Shown here one piece after another: positions 1-12,735 of a stretch of DNA of 64,000 nt. Source of the stretch: Macrostomum lignano (lineage: Eukaryota). The notes beneath the pieces are model-generated. The model did no database searches, was not told the origin of the DNA, and saw only the letters and a list, made by a program, of their open reading frames with translations. Numbering within the stretch: the first letter of the stretch is position 1; each line of letters starts with the position of its first letter. Made by a program: the position numbers and the translations under genes. Location: contig NIVC01000895.1 in assembly GCA_002269645.1 (NCBI GenBank), positions 1 through 64,000 of the forward strand. The letters run 5' to 3'.

Positions 1-1191
1 CAAAAAAGATTTGGTGAAAAAAAATTGGCTGATAAGGCAATGACAAGCAAAAATATTGACTTTTTCTATTTTCCAAATATGTCCATCTTATATAGAATGG
101 CCTGGACAAGATCTCAATCTTGATCTTAGTTGTCAAGATCTTGACACTTTTTAAAATCTCAATCTTAGTTTCAAGATCTCAAAAAAATCAAAATTTGTGA
201 TTATATGACTATTTGTGACTATGATATTATATGCTTATAGCAACTTTTCACTTGTTTCTTGATATTATTTTCAAGTTTGAATCAATGCTGCAATAAAACA
301 ACATATCTTGAGACTGTAGTGCCATAATAGAAAATGATATCTATGGCCAAAAGGGATAGGAAATGGTATTAGAAAATGCTCTAGCCTCTAGCTCTTATCT
401 ACTGATTTATATATTGCTATATCTATTGCTTTATCTACTACTCCATATATTGCTACTTTTACTGCCTTACTATTACTCTATCTACTCATACATGTGCAAC
501 CCGCCTGATTTATACTGGCCATGTGACTTACTTTTTGACCAAAAATGCAACTTACCTGTGAAAAAACCCTAAAGCAAAATTGATGCAGTTTTGGGAAAAT
601 GGCAGGAGTAACTATGACTGTCTTATCAACATGCCTGCCTCAGCATCTAATTAGTACTAGGTCCATATTCTTTGGGGTGGCATTTTTGCGACTTACCCCT
701 GGTCCACCACAATTTACGGTGGCCAGATTGGCTAGGTCAGCCAACAGTTGCGCATGTATATTAGAGGCACTTTGTTGTAGTATCAACTCAAACAAAATAA
801 AATCACAAAACAAACTAGAAGCTTGCTGATGTTATTATACTTATATTTGATATAAAACAAGTTATTAACAAGCTCAATATAAAATAATCAATGTTTTTCT
901 TTCTATTATCATTGTATATTATCATTGTATATTTAACAAGTAATGTCAATATTAATATTGATCAATCATGCCAACACCTGTCCAACCTATCTGAACTAGA
1001 CAAGTGAAATGATTGCCGGCCAAGGTAAGTTGCAAAATTAAAAAAGATGAAAAAAAACTTGGGGGAAGAAAAAAAGGAAAGAGAAAAGGAAAAGAAAGGA
1101 GGGAGAAGAGAGAGAGGGGGAAAGAGGAGAGAGAAAGAAAAGAAAATAAAAGAGAAAAAAGCAAGAAAAGTCATAGGCCTATACAAAATGA

Positions 1192-1312
1192 AAATTAAGT
1201 TGCAATCAGGAGAACTAAGTTGCAATTAAGAGAAACTAAGTTGCATTTGGGAAGAACTAAGTCGCAATTAGGAGAACTAAGTTGCAAATCTGGACAAAAC
1301 TAAGTTGCACTG
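1192..1312. repeat. Short degenerate tandem repeat of about 20-21 bp (core AACTAAGTTGCA)
   Basis: About 6 copies visible. Confidence 0.7.
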
Positions 1313-2238
1313 GATAGTTGAAATTTTGAGGTTGGGCATATATGATATTGATAGATAATAGAGTATAAATATAGGCCTAGAGTATAGGCCTAGTAGATGC
1401 AAGTTAGGCTTAATATTGAATCTTAATATTAAGAAAATTAGACAAGAATGAATTGTAAAATAAAACTAGAATTTTTTTCTGTCATATGCTTGCCTTGATT
1501 TGGATTATAGCTAATATCTAGGCCGAGCCTAGCATATATAGCATATATATATTTATATGATTATGAGTCCAATTTCTATTTAGAAAAAAAATCTATAAAA
1601 ATTAAGCCCTAGAAATTAAGACAGGAAAGTAGAACACTGTGACTGAAGTCTATTAAAATTATCTAGGTGAAACTATAGTCTATCATTTTTAGTTAAACTG
1701 CACTCTATAAATTTTTATTAGGTAAATTGTCACATGGTTTATTGGCCTTCTACTGTTAAGATACCAATGTAGCTAACTTGTCCACTATTCCAGAAAATAC
1801 AGTTCAAATAAAAGGAGCAAATAATGGTTACCCAGCCTCTTCAGCATATAATCATTAAAATTTAATTGCATTCCTAAGGTTTTATTTGCATTGAATTCAG
1901 TGTGTCATCTACCCCCTCTAATACATAGCAGAACATTAAAATAGCCTATTTGTTGCATAGGAAATTTTTGCATATATAAGTCCTACATTTGAGTTACTAG
2001 CCATCTAGGAGATAAGTGTTTAACCAAGCTGACTGGCTAGCTTAGCTTAAGCTATGAGATAAGATATGGTTTTTTGGAGAACTCTACCATATTTTGATAT
2101 ATAGCTTTTTTGTTTTTGCTGTTTATTAGTGCTAGATGTAATTTGGAAATATTAATCTCATTTTATGCATCTTTAGCTAATTAGCTACAATCATTTTTAT
2201 TTGTGAATTAATTAATTTGTCACCATCATCAGTGAGTC

Positions 2239-3381
2239 ATGTCATCTGACAACAATAAGCCTTTAGATCAGGCTCGATGCGACGCAGCTGCAGTTCGTTT
2301 CTGCACAATGTACTACAAAAGAATGAGCGACACTAGACAGAATTTGACTCCACTATATGCCGATCAGGCTGTGCTAGCTTGGAATGGTCACAGGCATTCA
2401 GGGAAACAGGTTTGATAATTTTATTTTCATTTTATTTTTTGTTGTTTGATTTTTTGAAAAGTTGTAGTCTTAAGGTTTTTACGATCATGTGAAGAGTTGT
2501 ACAGTTTTGTGAAGGTTTGTAAAGTGTTGGGAACGTTTTGTACAGTCTTGTAAAGGGTTGTGCAGTCTTGGGAAGGTTTGTGCAGTCTTAGGAAGATTTT
2601 GCAGTCTTGGGAAGGTCTGTGCAGTCTTGTGAAGGGTTGTAACGTCTTTCAAAGGTTTGTACAGTTTTAGGAAGGTACAGTCTGAAAGTATGAAGTCGTG
2701 AAAGTTTCGTAGGATTGCAATTTTAAAAGATTTAAGATTCTGGCGTCATAAATGATTCAAGGCGATGTTTTATGTTGTGTGCTATCATATTCCAAGGACA
2801 TTATCCTGAAGGGTAGCAGTATTTATCTGTTTTGTACTATACAAATTAGCATTTTGCCCCATTAAATTAGCGCGTTGATCCAGTTTTACAGACTCCACCC
2901 TGTCTCAGGCTCGAAATTATTCAAGAAAAGAAAATTAGAAGATTACAGGAAGACTTCAAAGAGCCAAATCCAGTGCGAGAGCATAACGTGTAAGAGAAAA
3001 GCCCCCCCCCCATCAGCCAAGCCGATAAACAGTGGCTTTCTTCTTGTCCGCTTGGATCTGACTTTGCCCTCTCTCCTTACTGCTCTCCCATTGGCTGAGC
3101 TAGATTAGGCCTGCCCACTGAATTCTTACCCGCAGGAGATCGGGCAGTTCTATGCTCAACTACCCAATTGCATAGCGCAGCCCTACAGCGTTAGCGCTCA
3201 ACTCCTTGACGGCGACATATTTCCGCCGAACTCGCTGCTTGCTACCTGCCACGGTCAGGTAAAATTTCTACGCTGCGAAGATCGCCGGCATAAATTATTT
3301 TCTCAAGCGTTCGTCCTGTCACGCCAGTCCGACGGCACCTTCGTCATCTTATCCGACACATTTCGCACTAGCGAGCCCTGA
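2239..3381 (+). CDS. NXT1: NTF2-related export protein (NXT1/p15), 2 exons: 2239-2409, 3136-3381
   Basis: Hand translation gives MSSDNNKPLDQARCDAAAVRFCTMYYKRMSDTRQNLTPLYADQAVLAWNGHRHSGKQ|EIGQFYAQLP...FSQAFVL...ILSDTFR. This matches NTF2/NXT motifs (F...YY, LY...A.L.WNG, F.Q.F.L, SD.FR). Phase-0 GT..AG intron. Missed by the ORF track. Confidence 0.88.
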
Positions 3382-3894
3382 CTGTTGCGCGTCTGTTTGC
3401 TTGGAACTTGTTGCTTTATTATACAGTAGTAACCGTGTTAATCCCATTGTAAGTGTGTACTTTTGTTACCATAGTGACGAAATGTTATTCGTCTACACGA
3501 TACAATGGTGTAATAATAAGAGTCAATCTTTGTTCCTATGCTGATTGCTACACTTTTAAATTCTGGCTTAATTAAGTTTTAATATGCGCGTAGGTAATAC
3601 AGTATTTATGTATGTTGTATTTTAAAAGTACATGTTCTCATTTGTACTATATGGTGTTTAACTGCATTTCTTCTGCACGATGATGATTTGATTTAACCCA
3701 GATTTTTTCAATTGACTCTTTTTACAATTAAATTAGCTAACTAGTATATGTGGATGTCGACACCTACTAAAAACGACCTGCCCCTAAAAAATTCCCTTAT
3801 TAACTCCTTTAGGAAGAATCACCCCTTCATCCTAAAGATTCGACCCTTTACCCAGGAAAGTTAATAAATCCTATTAATTGACCCTGAATAATGG

Positions 3895-6800
3895 CCTTTT
3901 TTCCTGAGAAATCACCACTTTACCTGCTAGGATCACCACTTTACCCGGTAGGATCATCACTTTACCTGGTAGGATCACCACTTTACCTAGTAGGATCACC
4001 ACTTTACCTGCTAGGATCACCACTTTACCCGGTAGGATCACCACTTTACCTGGTAGGATCACCACTTTACCTAGTAGGATCACCACTTTACCTGCTAGGA
4101 TCACCACTTTACCTAGTAGGATCACCACTTTACCTGGTAGGATCACCACTTTACCTGCTAGGATCACCACTTTACCTAGTAGGATCACCACTTTACCTGG
4201 TAGGATCACCACTTTACCTGGTAGGATCACCACTTTACCCGGTAGGATCGCCACTTTACCTGGTAGGATCACCACTTTACCTAGTAGGATCACCACTTTA
4301 CCTGCTAGGATCACCACTTTACCCGGTAGGATCACCACTTTACCTGCTAGGATCACCACTTTACCTGCTAGGATCACCACTTTACCCGGTAGGATCACCA
4401 CTTTACCTGGTAGGATCATCACTTTACCTGGTAGGATCATCACTTTACCCGGTAGGATCACCACTTTACCTGCTAGGATCACCACTTTACCCGGTAGAAT
4501 CACCACTTTACCCGGTAGGATCACCACTTTACCTGCTAGGATCACCACTTTACCTGCTAGGATCACCACTTTACCTGCTAGGATCACCACTTTACCTGCT
4601 AGGATCACCACTTTACCCGGTAGGATCACCACTTTACCTGGTAGGATCATCACTTTACCCGGTAGGATCACCACTTTACCTGCTAGGATCATCACTTTAC
4701 CCGGTAGGATCACCACTTTACCTGCTAGGATCACCACTTTACCCGGTAGGATCACCACTTTACCCGGTAGGATCACCAATTTACCCGGTAGGATCACTAC
4801 TTTACCTGCTAGGATCACCACTTTACCTAGTAGGATCACCACTTTACCTGGTAGGATCACCACTTTACCTGCTAGGATCACCACTTTACCTAGTAGGATC
4901 ACCACTTTACCTGGTAGGATCACCACTTTACCTGGTAGGATCACCACTTTACCCGGTAGGATCGCCACTTTACCTGGTAGGATCACCACTTTACCTGGTA
5001 GGATCACCACTTTACCCGGTAGGATCACCACTTTACCCGGTAGGATCACCACTTTACCCGGTAGGATCACCACTTTATCTGGTAGATTCACCAATTTACC
5101 TGAAAGAATCACCACTTCACCTCGTAGAATCACCACTTCACCTCGTATAATCACCACTTCAGCTGGTAGAATCACCACAACTTCACCTGGTAGAATCACC
5201 ACTTCATCTGAAAGAATCACTACTTCACCTGGTAGAATCACCACTTTACCTGGTAGGATCACCACTTTACCCGGTAGGATCACCACTTTACCTGGTAGGA
5301 TCATCACTTTACCCGGTAGGATCACCACTTTACCTGCTAGGATCACCACTTTACCCGGTAGGATCACCACTTTACCCGGTAGGATCACCAATTTACCCGG
5401 TAGGATCACCACTTTACCTGGTAGGATCACCAATTTACCTGCTAGGATCACCACTTTACCCGGTAGGATCACCACTTTACCCGGTAGGATCACTACTTTA
5501 CCTGCTAGGATCACCACTTTACCTAGTAGGATCACCACTTTACCTAGTAGGATCACCACTTTACCTGCTAGGATCACCACTTTACCTGGTAGGATCACCA
5601 CTTTACCTGCTAGGATCACCACTTTACCCGGTAGGATCACCACTTTACCTGGTAGGATCATCACTTTACCCGGTAGGATCACCACTTTACCTGCTAGGAT
5701 CACCACTTTACCCGGTAGGATCACCACTTTACCCGGTAGGATCACCAATTTACCCGGTAGGATCACCACTTTACCTGGTAGGATCACTACTTTACCTGCT
5801 AGGATCACCACTTTACCTAGTAGGATCACCACTTTACCTGGTAGGATCACCACTTTACCAGCTAGGATCACCACTTTACCTAGTAGAATCACCACTTTAC
5901 CTGGTAGGATCACCACTTTACCTGGTAGGATCACCACTTTACCCGGTAGGATCGCCACTTTACCTGGTAGGATCACCACTTTACCTGGTAGGATCACCAC
6001 TTTACCCGGTAGGATCACCACTTTACCCGGTAGGATCACCACTTTACCCGGTAGGATCACCACTTTATCTGGTAGATTCACCAATTTACCTGAAAGAATC
6101 ACCACTTCACCTCGTAGAATCACCACTTCACCTCGTATAATCACCACTTCAGCTGGTAGAATCACCACAACTTCACCTGGTAGAATCACCACTTCATCTG
6201 AAAGAATCACTACTTCACCTGGTAGAATCACCACTTTACCTGGTAGGATCACCACTTTACCCGGTAGGATCACCACTTTACCTGGTAGGATCATCACTTT
6301 ACCCGGTAGGATCACCACTTTACCTGCTAGGATCACCACTTTACCCGGTAGGATCACCACTTTACCCGGTAGGATCACTACTTTACCTGCTAGGATCACC
6401 ACTTTACCTAGTAGGATCACCACTTTACCTGGTAGGATCACCACTTTACCTGCTAGGATCACCACTTTACCTGGTAGGATCACCACTTTACCTGCTAGGA
6501 TCACCACTTTACCCGGTAGGATCACCACTTTACCTGGTAGGATCATCACTTTACCCGGTAGGATCACCACTTTACCTGGTAGGATCACCACTTTACCTGG
6601 TAGGATCATCACTTTACCCGGTAGGATCACCACTTTACCTGCTAGGATCACCACTTTACCCGGTAGGATCACCACTTTACCCGGTAGGATCACCAATTTA
6701 CCCGGTAGGATCACCACTTTACCTGGTAGGATCACTACTTTACCTGCTAGGATCACCACTTTACCTAGTAGGATCACCACTTTACCTGGTAGGATCACCA

Positions 6801-7312
6801 CTTTACCTGCTAGGATCACCACTTTACCTAGTAGGATCACCACTTTACCTGGTAGGATCACCACTTTACCTGGTAGGATCACCACTTTACCCGGTAGGAT
6901 CGCCACTTTACCTGGTAGGATCACCACTTTACCTGGTAGGATCACCACTTTACCCGGTAGGATCACCACTTTACCCGGTAGGATCACCACTTTACCCGGT
7001 AGGATCACCACTTTACCCGGTAGGATCACCACTTTATCTGGTAGATTCACCAATTTACCTGAAAGAATCACCACTTCACCTCGTAGAATCACCACTTCAC
7101 CTCGTATAATCACCACTTCAGCTGGTAGAATCACCACAACTTCACCTGGTAGAATCACCACTTCATCTGAAAGAATCACTACTTCACCTGGTAGAATCAC
7201 CACTTCACCTGGTCGAATCACCACTTCACTGGTAGAATCACCACTTCACCTAGTAGAATCACCAATTCACCTGGTAGAATCACCACTTCACCTGGTAGAA
7301 TCACCACGAAAC
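3895..7312. repeat. 21-bp minisatellite (ACTTTACCTGGTAGGATCACC) with a roughly 1-kb higher-order period
   Basis: Direct reading; a diverged marker block recurs at about 5074, 6064 and 7033. Confidence 0.97.
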
Positions 7313-7389
7313 CCTGGAAAATAGCCAAGTTGTACTCTTGCCAGGTAGCGAGGTCAGTGCTCAAACAAACTCAGAATAATAATTAGTCC

Positions 7390-7671
7390 TCAGAATGATG
7401 ATGAAGCGCAAAGTCTGACGCAGAAATGGCGGAGCCTTGAAAACGCGGAAGCGAATTGCGTCAACGCAAGAATTGTCAGAATGCCTATTCGATAGTCAAT
7501 ATTTCGCAGAATTTGACGGTCGCCTGTGTTGGCGATCTCTTCTTGGACTTTCCGGCTTTCGCAATCATTCTGACTTCTTGGTTTAGATGCTCGCAACCGA
7601 ATTTTTAGGGCTCGCCTAATTTTGTTTTGGCTTAGATTAACTGATCTTTGTCCAAAAACACGTTTGCGCAT
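7390..7671 (-). CDS. Unassigned 93-aa ORF (basic N-terminus, hydrophobic C-terminal stretch), head-to-head with GLRX5
   Basis: ATG-initiated ORF in unique, GC-balanced sequence 120 bp upstream of GLRX5. No family recognised. Confidence 0.25.
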   Translation of the reverse strand: MRKRVFGQRSVNLSQNKIRRALKIRLRASKPRSQNDCESRKVQEEIANTGDRQILRNIDYRIGILTILALTQFASAFSRLRHFCVRLCASSSF

Positions 7672-7791
7672 GACTTCTAGTTTTCAATCTGACTGAGGGC
7701 ACACTGTTACACTTTGTCAACTTATTGCACTTTGTCTACTTAAGTCACTTGAGATGCTCGTACACACTCATTTCAGAACTTTGCAATCAGC

Positions 7792-8265
7792 ATGTTTAAT
7801 TTACGCTGCCTAGTCAATACGACAGCTTCGCTGCGTCAATGTAAGCTATCGCCAACCCTGTCTTCACTGCTTACGTCATCGCTATCGACTTCCAGCACCG
7901 CCGGTTCTATGCACAATAAAATAGCCGAAATGGTCAAAGCCAACAAGGTTGTCGTCTTTATGAAAGGCGTGCCGGAGGAGCCACGTTGCGGTTTCTCCAA
8001 TGCCGTTATTAAAATTCTCGAATTTCACGGCTTAAAACCGGACGTGTATTCCGCGCACAACGTTCTCGACAATGAGGAGCTGAGACAGGATATTAAAACG
8101 TTTAGCGATTGGCCAACTATTCCTCAGGTGTACTTTAATGGCGAGTTCATCGGCGGCTGCGATGTGCTGATTAAAATGCATCAAAATGGCGAATTGATTG
8201 AGGAGTTGAAGAAGATTGGTATCAAGTCCGCTTTGCTGGCTGCTCAGGAGGAGAAGAAGGAATAA
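7792..8265 (+). CDS. GLRX5: Monothiol glutaredoxin 5, mitochondrial
   Basis: CGFS active site, [23 protein letters not shown], and an N-terminal Ser/Arg-rich transit-like peptide. Single exon. Confidence 0.96.
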   Translation: MFNLRCLVNTTASLRQCKLSPTLSSLLTSSLSTSSTAGSMHNKIAEMVKANKVVVFMKGVPEEPRCGFSNAVIKILEFHGLKPDVYSAHNVLDNEELRQDIKTFSDWPTIPQVYFNGEFIGGCDVLIKMHQNGELIEELKKIGIKSALLAAQEEKKE

Positions 8266-8550
8266 GTGAAACTTTATGGATCTGAGGAACTTCGTGTTGT
8301 TTCGTGGGTTTTTAACGGAAACATGCTAAATGTTTTGTAACTTCATTTGATCTGTAGTAAATAGCACATTTGATAGTTGAGTCTGACTACATAAAATCAT
8401 ACAGTGTTTACTAATAATAGTTTTCATCAAACTGTTTTCATTGCTGCTCATCTGTGAAGAAAATAAAAAACGACATACATGCTCATAATTGATCATAATT
8501 GTATTTCTCACTAATTTTTCATCGAGCTTAAAAATGATATAGAATTCCTT

Positions 8551-10958
8551 CATAGGCGTAGGAACATTTCAAAAAGTGGGGAGAGGGGCAGGTTCAGTGA
8601 CGGATTTAGGGTGCACGCCCCCGTTGAGTTAGATTTTTTATATGGAAAATGCACATTATCATGCACCGATTATTTTCAGAATCCATCTTGTCAGCACTCA
8701 TTTTATAAAGCGCCGCAGGTACTCATTTTAGCGCCGCAGGTACTCATTTTAGCTCCGCAGGCACTCATTTTAGCGCCGCAGGCACTCATTTTAGCGCTGC
8801 AGGCACTCATTTTAGCGCCGCAGGCACTGATCTTGGCGCCGCAGGCACTCATTTTGGCTCCGCAGGCACTCATTTTGGCGCCGGAGGCACTCATTTTAGC
8901 GCCGCAGGCACTCATTTTATCTCCGCAGGCACTCATTTTAGCGCCACAGGCACTGATCTTGGCGCCACAGGCACTCATTTTGGCGCCGCAGGCACTCATT
9001 TTGGCGCCGCAGGCACTCATTTTGGCGCCGCAGGCACTCATTTTGGCGCTGCAGGCACTCATTTTGGCGCCGCAGGCACTCATTTTGGCGCCGCAGGCAC
9101 TCATTTTAGCGCCGCAGGCACTCATTTTGGCGCTGCAGGCACTCATTTTAGCGCCGCAGGCAATCATTTTAGCGCTGCAGGCACTCATTTTAGCGCCGCA
9201 GCCACTCATTTTAGCTCCGCAGGCACTTATTCCGGCGCCGCAGGCACTCATCTTTGCGCCGCAGGCACTCATTTTGGCGCCGCAGGCACTCATTTTAGCG
9301 CCGCAGGCACTCATTTAAGCGCCGCAGGCACTCATTTCGGCGCCGCAGGCACTCATCTTGGCGCCGCAGGCACTCATTTTGGCGCCGCAGGCACTCATTT
9401 TGGCGCTGCAGGCGCTCATTTTGGTGCTGCAGGCGCTCATTTTAGCGCTGCAGGCACTCATTTTGACGCCGCAGACACTCATTTTTGCGACGCAGGCACT
9501 CATTTTGGCGCCGCAGGCACTCATTTTAGCGCCGCAGGCACTCATTTTGGCGCTGCAGGCACTCATTTTAGCGCCGCAGGCAATCATTTTAGCGCTGCAG
9601 GCACTCATTTTAGCGCCGCAGCCACTCATTTTAGCTCCGCAGGCACTTATTCCGGCGCCGCAGGCACTCATCTTTGCGCCGCAGGCACTCATTTTGGCGC
9701 CGCAGGCACTCATTTAAGCGCCGCAGGCACTCATTTTGGCGCCGCAGGCACTCATATTTGCGCCGCAGGCACTCATTTTGGCGCCGCAGGCACTCATTTT
9801 TGCGACGCAGGCACTCATTTTAGCGCCGCAGGCACTCATTTTGGCGCCGCAGGCACTCATTTTTGCGACGCAGGCACTCATTTTAGCTCCGCAGACACTC
9901 ATTTTAGCGCCGCAGGCACTCATTTAAGCGCCGCAGGCACTCATTTTGGCGCCGCAGGCACTCATCTTTGCGCCGCAGGCACTCATTTTGGCGCCGCAGG
10001 CACTCATTTTAGCGCCGCAGGCACTGATCTTTGCGCCGCAGGCACTCATTTTGGCGCCGCAGGCACTGATCTTTGCGCCGCAGGCACTCATTTTGGCGCC
10101 GCAGGCACTCATTTTAGCGCCGCAAGCACTTATTTTAGCGCCGCAGCCACTCATTTCGGCGCCGCAGGCACTCATCTTGGCGCCGCAGGCACTCATTTTA
10201 GCGCCGCAGGCACTCATTTTAGCCCCGCAGGCACTCATTTTGGCGACGCAGGCACTCATTTTAGCTCCGCAGACACTCATTTTAGCGCCGCAGGCACTCA
10301 TTTAAGCGCCGCAGGCACTCATTTCGGCGCCGCAGGCACTCATCTTGGCGCCGCAGGCACTCATTTTTGCGACGCAGGCACTCATTTTAGCTCCGCAGAC
10401 ACTCATTTTAGCGCCGCAGGCACACATTTAAGCGCCGCAGGCACTCATTTTGGCGCCGCAGGCACTCATCTTTGCGCTGCAGGCACTCATTTTGGCGCCG
10501 CAGGCACTCATTTTAGCGCCGCAGGCACTGATCTTTGCGCCGCAGGCACTCATTTTGGCGCCGCAGGCACTCATCTTTGCGCCGCAGGCACTCATTTTGG
10601 CGCCGCAGGCACTCATTTAAGCGCCGCAGGCACTCATTTCGGCGCCGCAGGCACTCATCTTGGCGCCGCAGGCACTCATCTTGGCGCCGCAGGCACTCAT
10701 TTTGGCGCTGCAGGCGCTCATTTTGGTGCTGCAGGCGCTCATTTTGGTGCTGCAGGCACTTATTTTGGCGCTCCAGGCGCTATGTTTTGTCGCCCTGCAG
10801 CAAAATGCATTCATGCAAAGCAGCAAAAACTAAAAATAAGTCTACATTTTACATTTTAAATGTGGAGGGGACAGATACCATTACTGCCCCCCCCCCATTT
10901 TAAAAAGTAGGGGGGGGGGCATGGCCCCACTGCCCCCCCTTCCGTTCCTACGCCTATG
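8551..10958. mobile_element. Non-autonomous TIR element carrying a 21-bp satellite
   Basis: CATAGGCGTAGGAAC at 8551-8565 and its exact reverse complement GTTCCTACGCCTATG at 10944-10958, with G/C-run subterminal sequence. Confidence 0.7.
8707..10790. repeat. 21-bp minisatellite (CTCATTTTGGCGCCGCAGGCA)
   Basis: Direct reading; about 100 units. Confidence 0.97.
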
Positions 10959-11038
10959 AGATCCTTTGTTTTGTTCTAAAAGCAGATATATTGTGCTATT
11001 TGCAGAAATAAACCAAGTTTTTTTGCAACATCTTTCAG

Positions 11039-12280
11039 GTCAAGCAACGCCAACCAATACGCGTGTTCATTCGCGAGCCGCACCACGAGGTGCTATTGGA
11101 TATCTACCGTTTAATCGGTTCAAAGCGTTTGCCGTTTTCTCGTTTAACACTGTTGCACCTGGACTCGCATCCTGATCTGCAGTTGCCGCCTAAGTTAACA
11201 GCCAACGATTGCCTCGACGCTGGAGTTGATGGCGCGTTGCAATCGCAACTTAGTATTGGGAGTTGGATCCTGCCAGCTGCCTATGCTGGCCACTTTGATA
11301 GCGTTGTTTGGCTGCGACCGCCTTGGTCGGACCAGCTGCCGGATATAAAGCGTCGTCTAGTTCGTATTGGTCCTTGTCCAGTTGAATCGTCAGCCGCTGC
11401 TGCTGTTGAAGCACCTTTACGTTTAGACTGCGGCTTGCCTTATTTTGCGGCCGAGTGTATGTACTGTCACCATTTGACCTCCATACCCGAAGCAGAGATA
11501 GGCAAGAATAGTAATAAGATTAGCCAATTTCACCTGTGCTCGCACGAGTTTAGCAGTGCACTGGATTGCGATTGTGTCGGCCAATCGGGTCTCGGTCAGG
11601 CTGCCGCTTACGTTGTCGATGTTGACTTGGACTATTTCTCTACGCAGGACGCTCCGTCGAAGTGGCTACCAGCTGATCTGATTAGCGCCGCTCGTAGCGT
11701 CTACGGCTGGCGCGGTGGCGAAATTGTCGAAGAGGGCCCGGCTCTTGAGACGGCTTGCAGGCGAAGGGAGCAACGCTTGGAGCGGTTGGGTCAAATCATG
11801 ATGGAAGTTTCCAGTGAATCGGATGGTAAAACTGAAGCTAGTACGAGTAGCGAGGCTATCAACGTTGATGAAGTTGATGACGCCGAGAAGGATGATGCTC
11901 AAGATCGAACTGCTCTTCGTTCTCTGTTCGCGTGGGCTCGTCGTCATGGAAACGGCGATAGTAGCGCTACTGCTAATGCTACAACATGGACGCCAGAAGA
12001 TTTACACGAAGTACTCAGTGGTCAAGACGGTCTTGGTGGCGACCTACCGCATCGAGTCTCTTCGCCAGACGAGATTCGCCTGATGATTGACAGTTTTGGC
12101 AATTGGTTGAGTGAGTTGTCAGCTCGATACGGTCCTCCTGCTTGCGTCACCATTGCCAGATCGTCTCTAGACGATTACTGCCCAACTGAACAGGTGGAGC
12201 TCATTCAGACTGAGTTAATTGCCAGTCTGCGTAAAGTACTAGAGCCTTACTATCGCGTTGATGTTGTTTGCAATTATTAA
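11039..12280 (+). CDS. C5orf22: UPF0489/C5orf22-like protein; no in-frame ATG at the 5' end
   Basis: HHEVLLDIYRLIGSKRLP, LLHLDSHPDL, LSIGSWILPAAYAGHF, VDVDLDYFS, LPHRVS and VTIARSSLDDYCP match the family throughout. The frame is open from the acceptor TTTCAG (ends 11038); there is an in-frame TAA at 11009-11011. Confidence 0.9.
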   Translation, partial: VKQRQPIRVFIREPHHEVLLDIYRLIGSKRLPFSRLTLLHLDSHPDLQLPPKLTANDCLDAGVDGALQSQLSIGSWILPAAYAGHFDSVVWLRPPWSDQLPDIKRRLVRIGPCPVESSAAAAVEAPLRLDCGLPYFAAECMYCHHLTSIPEAEIGKNSNKISQFHLCSHEFSSALDCDCVGQSGLGQAAAYVVDVDLDYFSTQDAPSKWLPADLISAARSVYGWRGGEIVEEGPALETACRRREQRLERLGQIMMEVSSESDGKTEASTSSEAINVDEVDDAEKDDAQDRTALRSLFAWARRHGNGDSSATANATTWTPEDLHEVLSGQDGLGGDLPHRVSSPDEIRLMIDSFGNWLSELSARYGPPACVTIARSSLDDYCPTEQVELIQTELIASLRKVLEPYYRVDVVCNY

Positions 12281-12735
12281 TGCGAAAGAAAATTTATCGA
12301 GGAAGAAGTGAAATAACTTATTTTACTAAAGCATTTTAAATTTGTGTTCATTTACTAAGATTCATACGCGCTTTCAAGTAAAATTAGTGTTGTAGTGTTA
12401 GTATGAAAGAGGTCCATTTAAATCGGATTGTGTTTTGCTTTTTTTGTTGGATTAACAAGATTTTCCCATGGCACACGAGGCCCTTCAATTTTCACTAGGG
12501 AGACAGCTGACCATCATGACCTTTCCTTGAATGGCTCCGGCATAGGTTCTCTTGATATTTAATATTTATACTGTCTTAGTATTTAGCTGCCTCCACCCTA
12601 CCCTAGCCAATGTTGCAATAACATGGACTGTAGGTAAAGTACACATTCATAATTTCAAGGCACCTTAGTAGTCAATTACAAGTGCTACATTTTATGAATC
12701 GTCAATTGTCAATGTAAATTTTTATATTCAGCCAA

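Noticed and set aside
952-1229. Lys/Glu-rich and Phe/Ser-rich ORFs
   Set aside because: A low-complexity purine tract with no recognisable domain.
3874-7224. 1116-aa ORF (PGKVVIL)n and the overlapping 419-aa + ORF
   Set aside because: A 21-bp tandem unit lacking a stop in one frame gives a long ORF automatically. There is no unique coding flank or splice connection.
8611-10903. (APQALIL)n and (MSACGAK)n ORFs
   Set aside because: Translations of the 21-bp satellite inside a TIR element.
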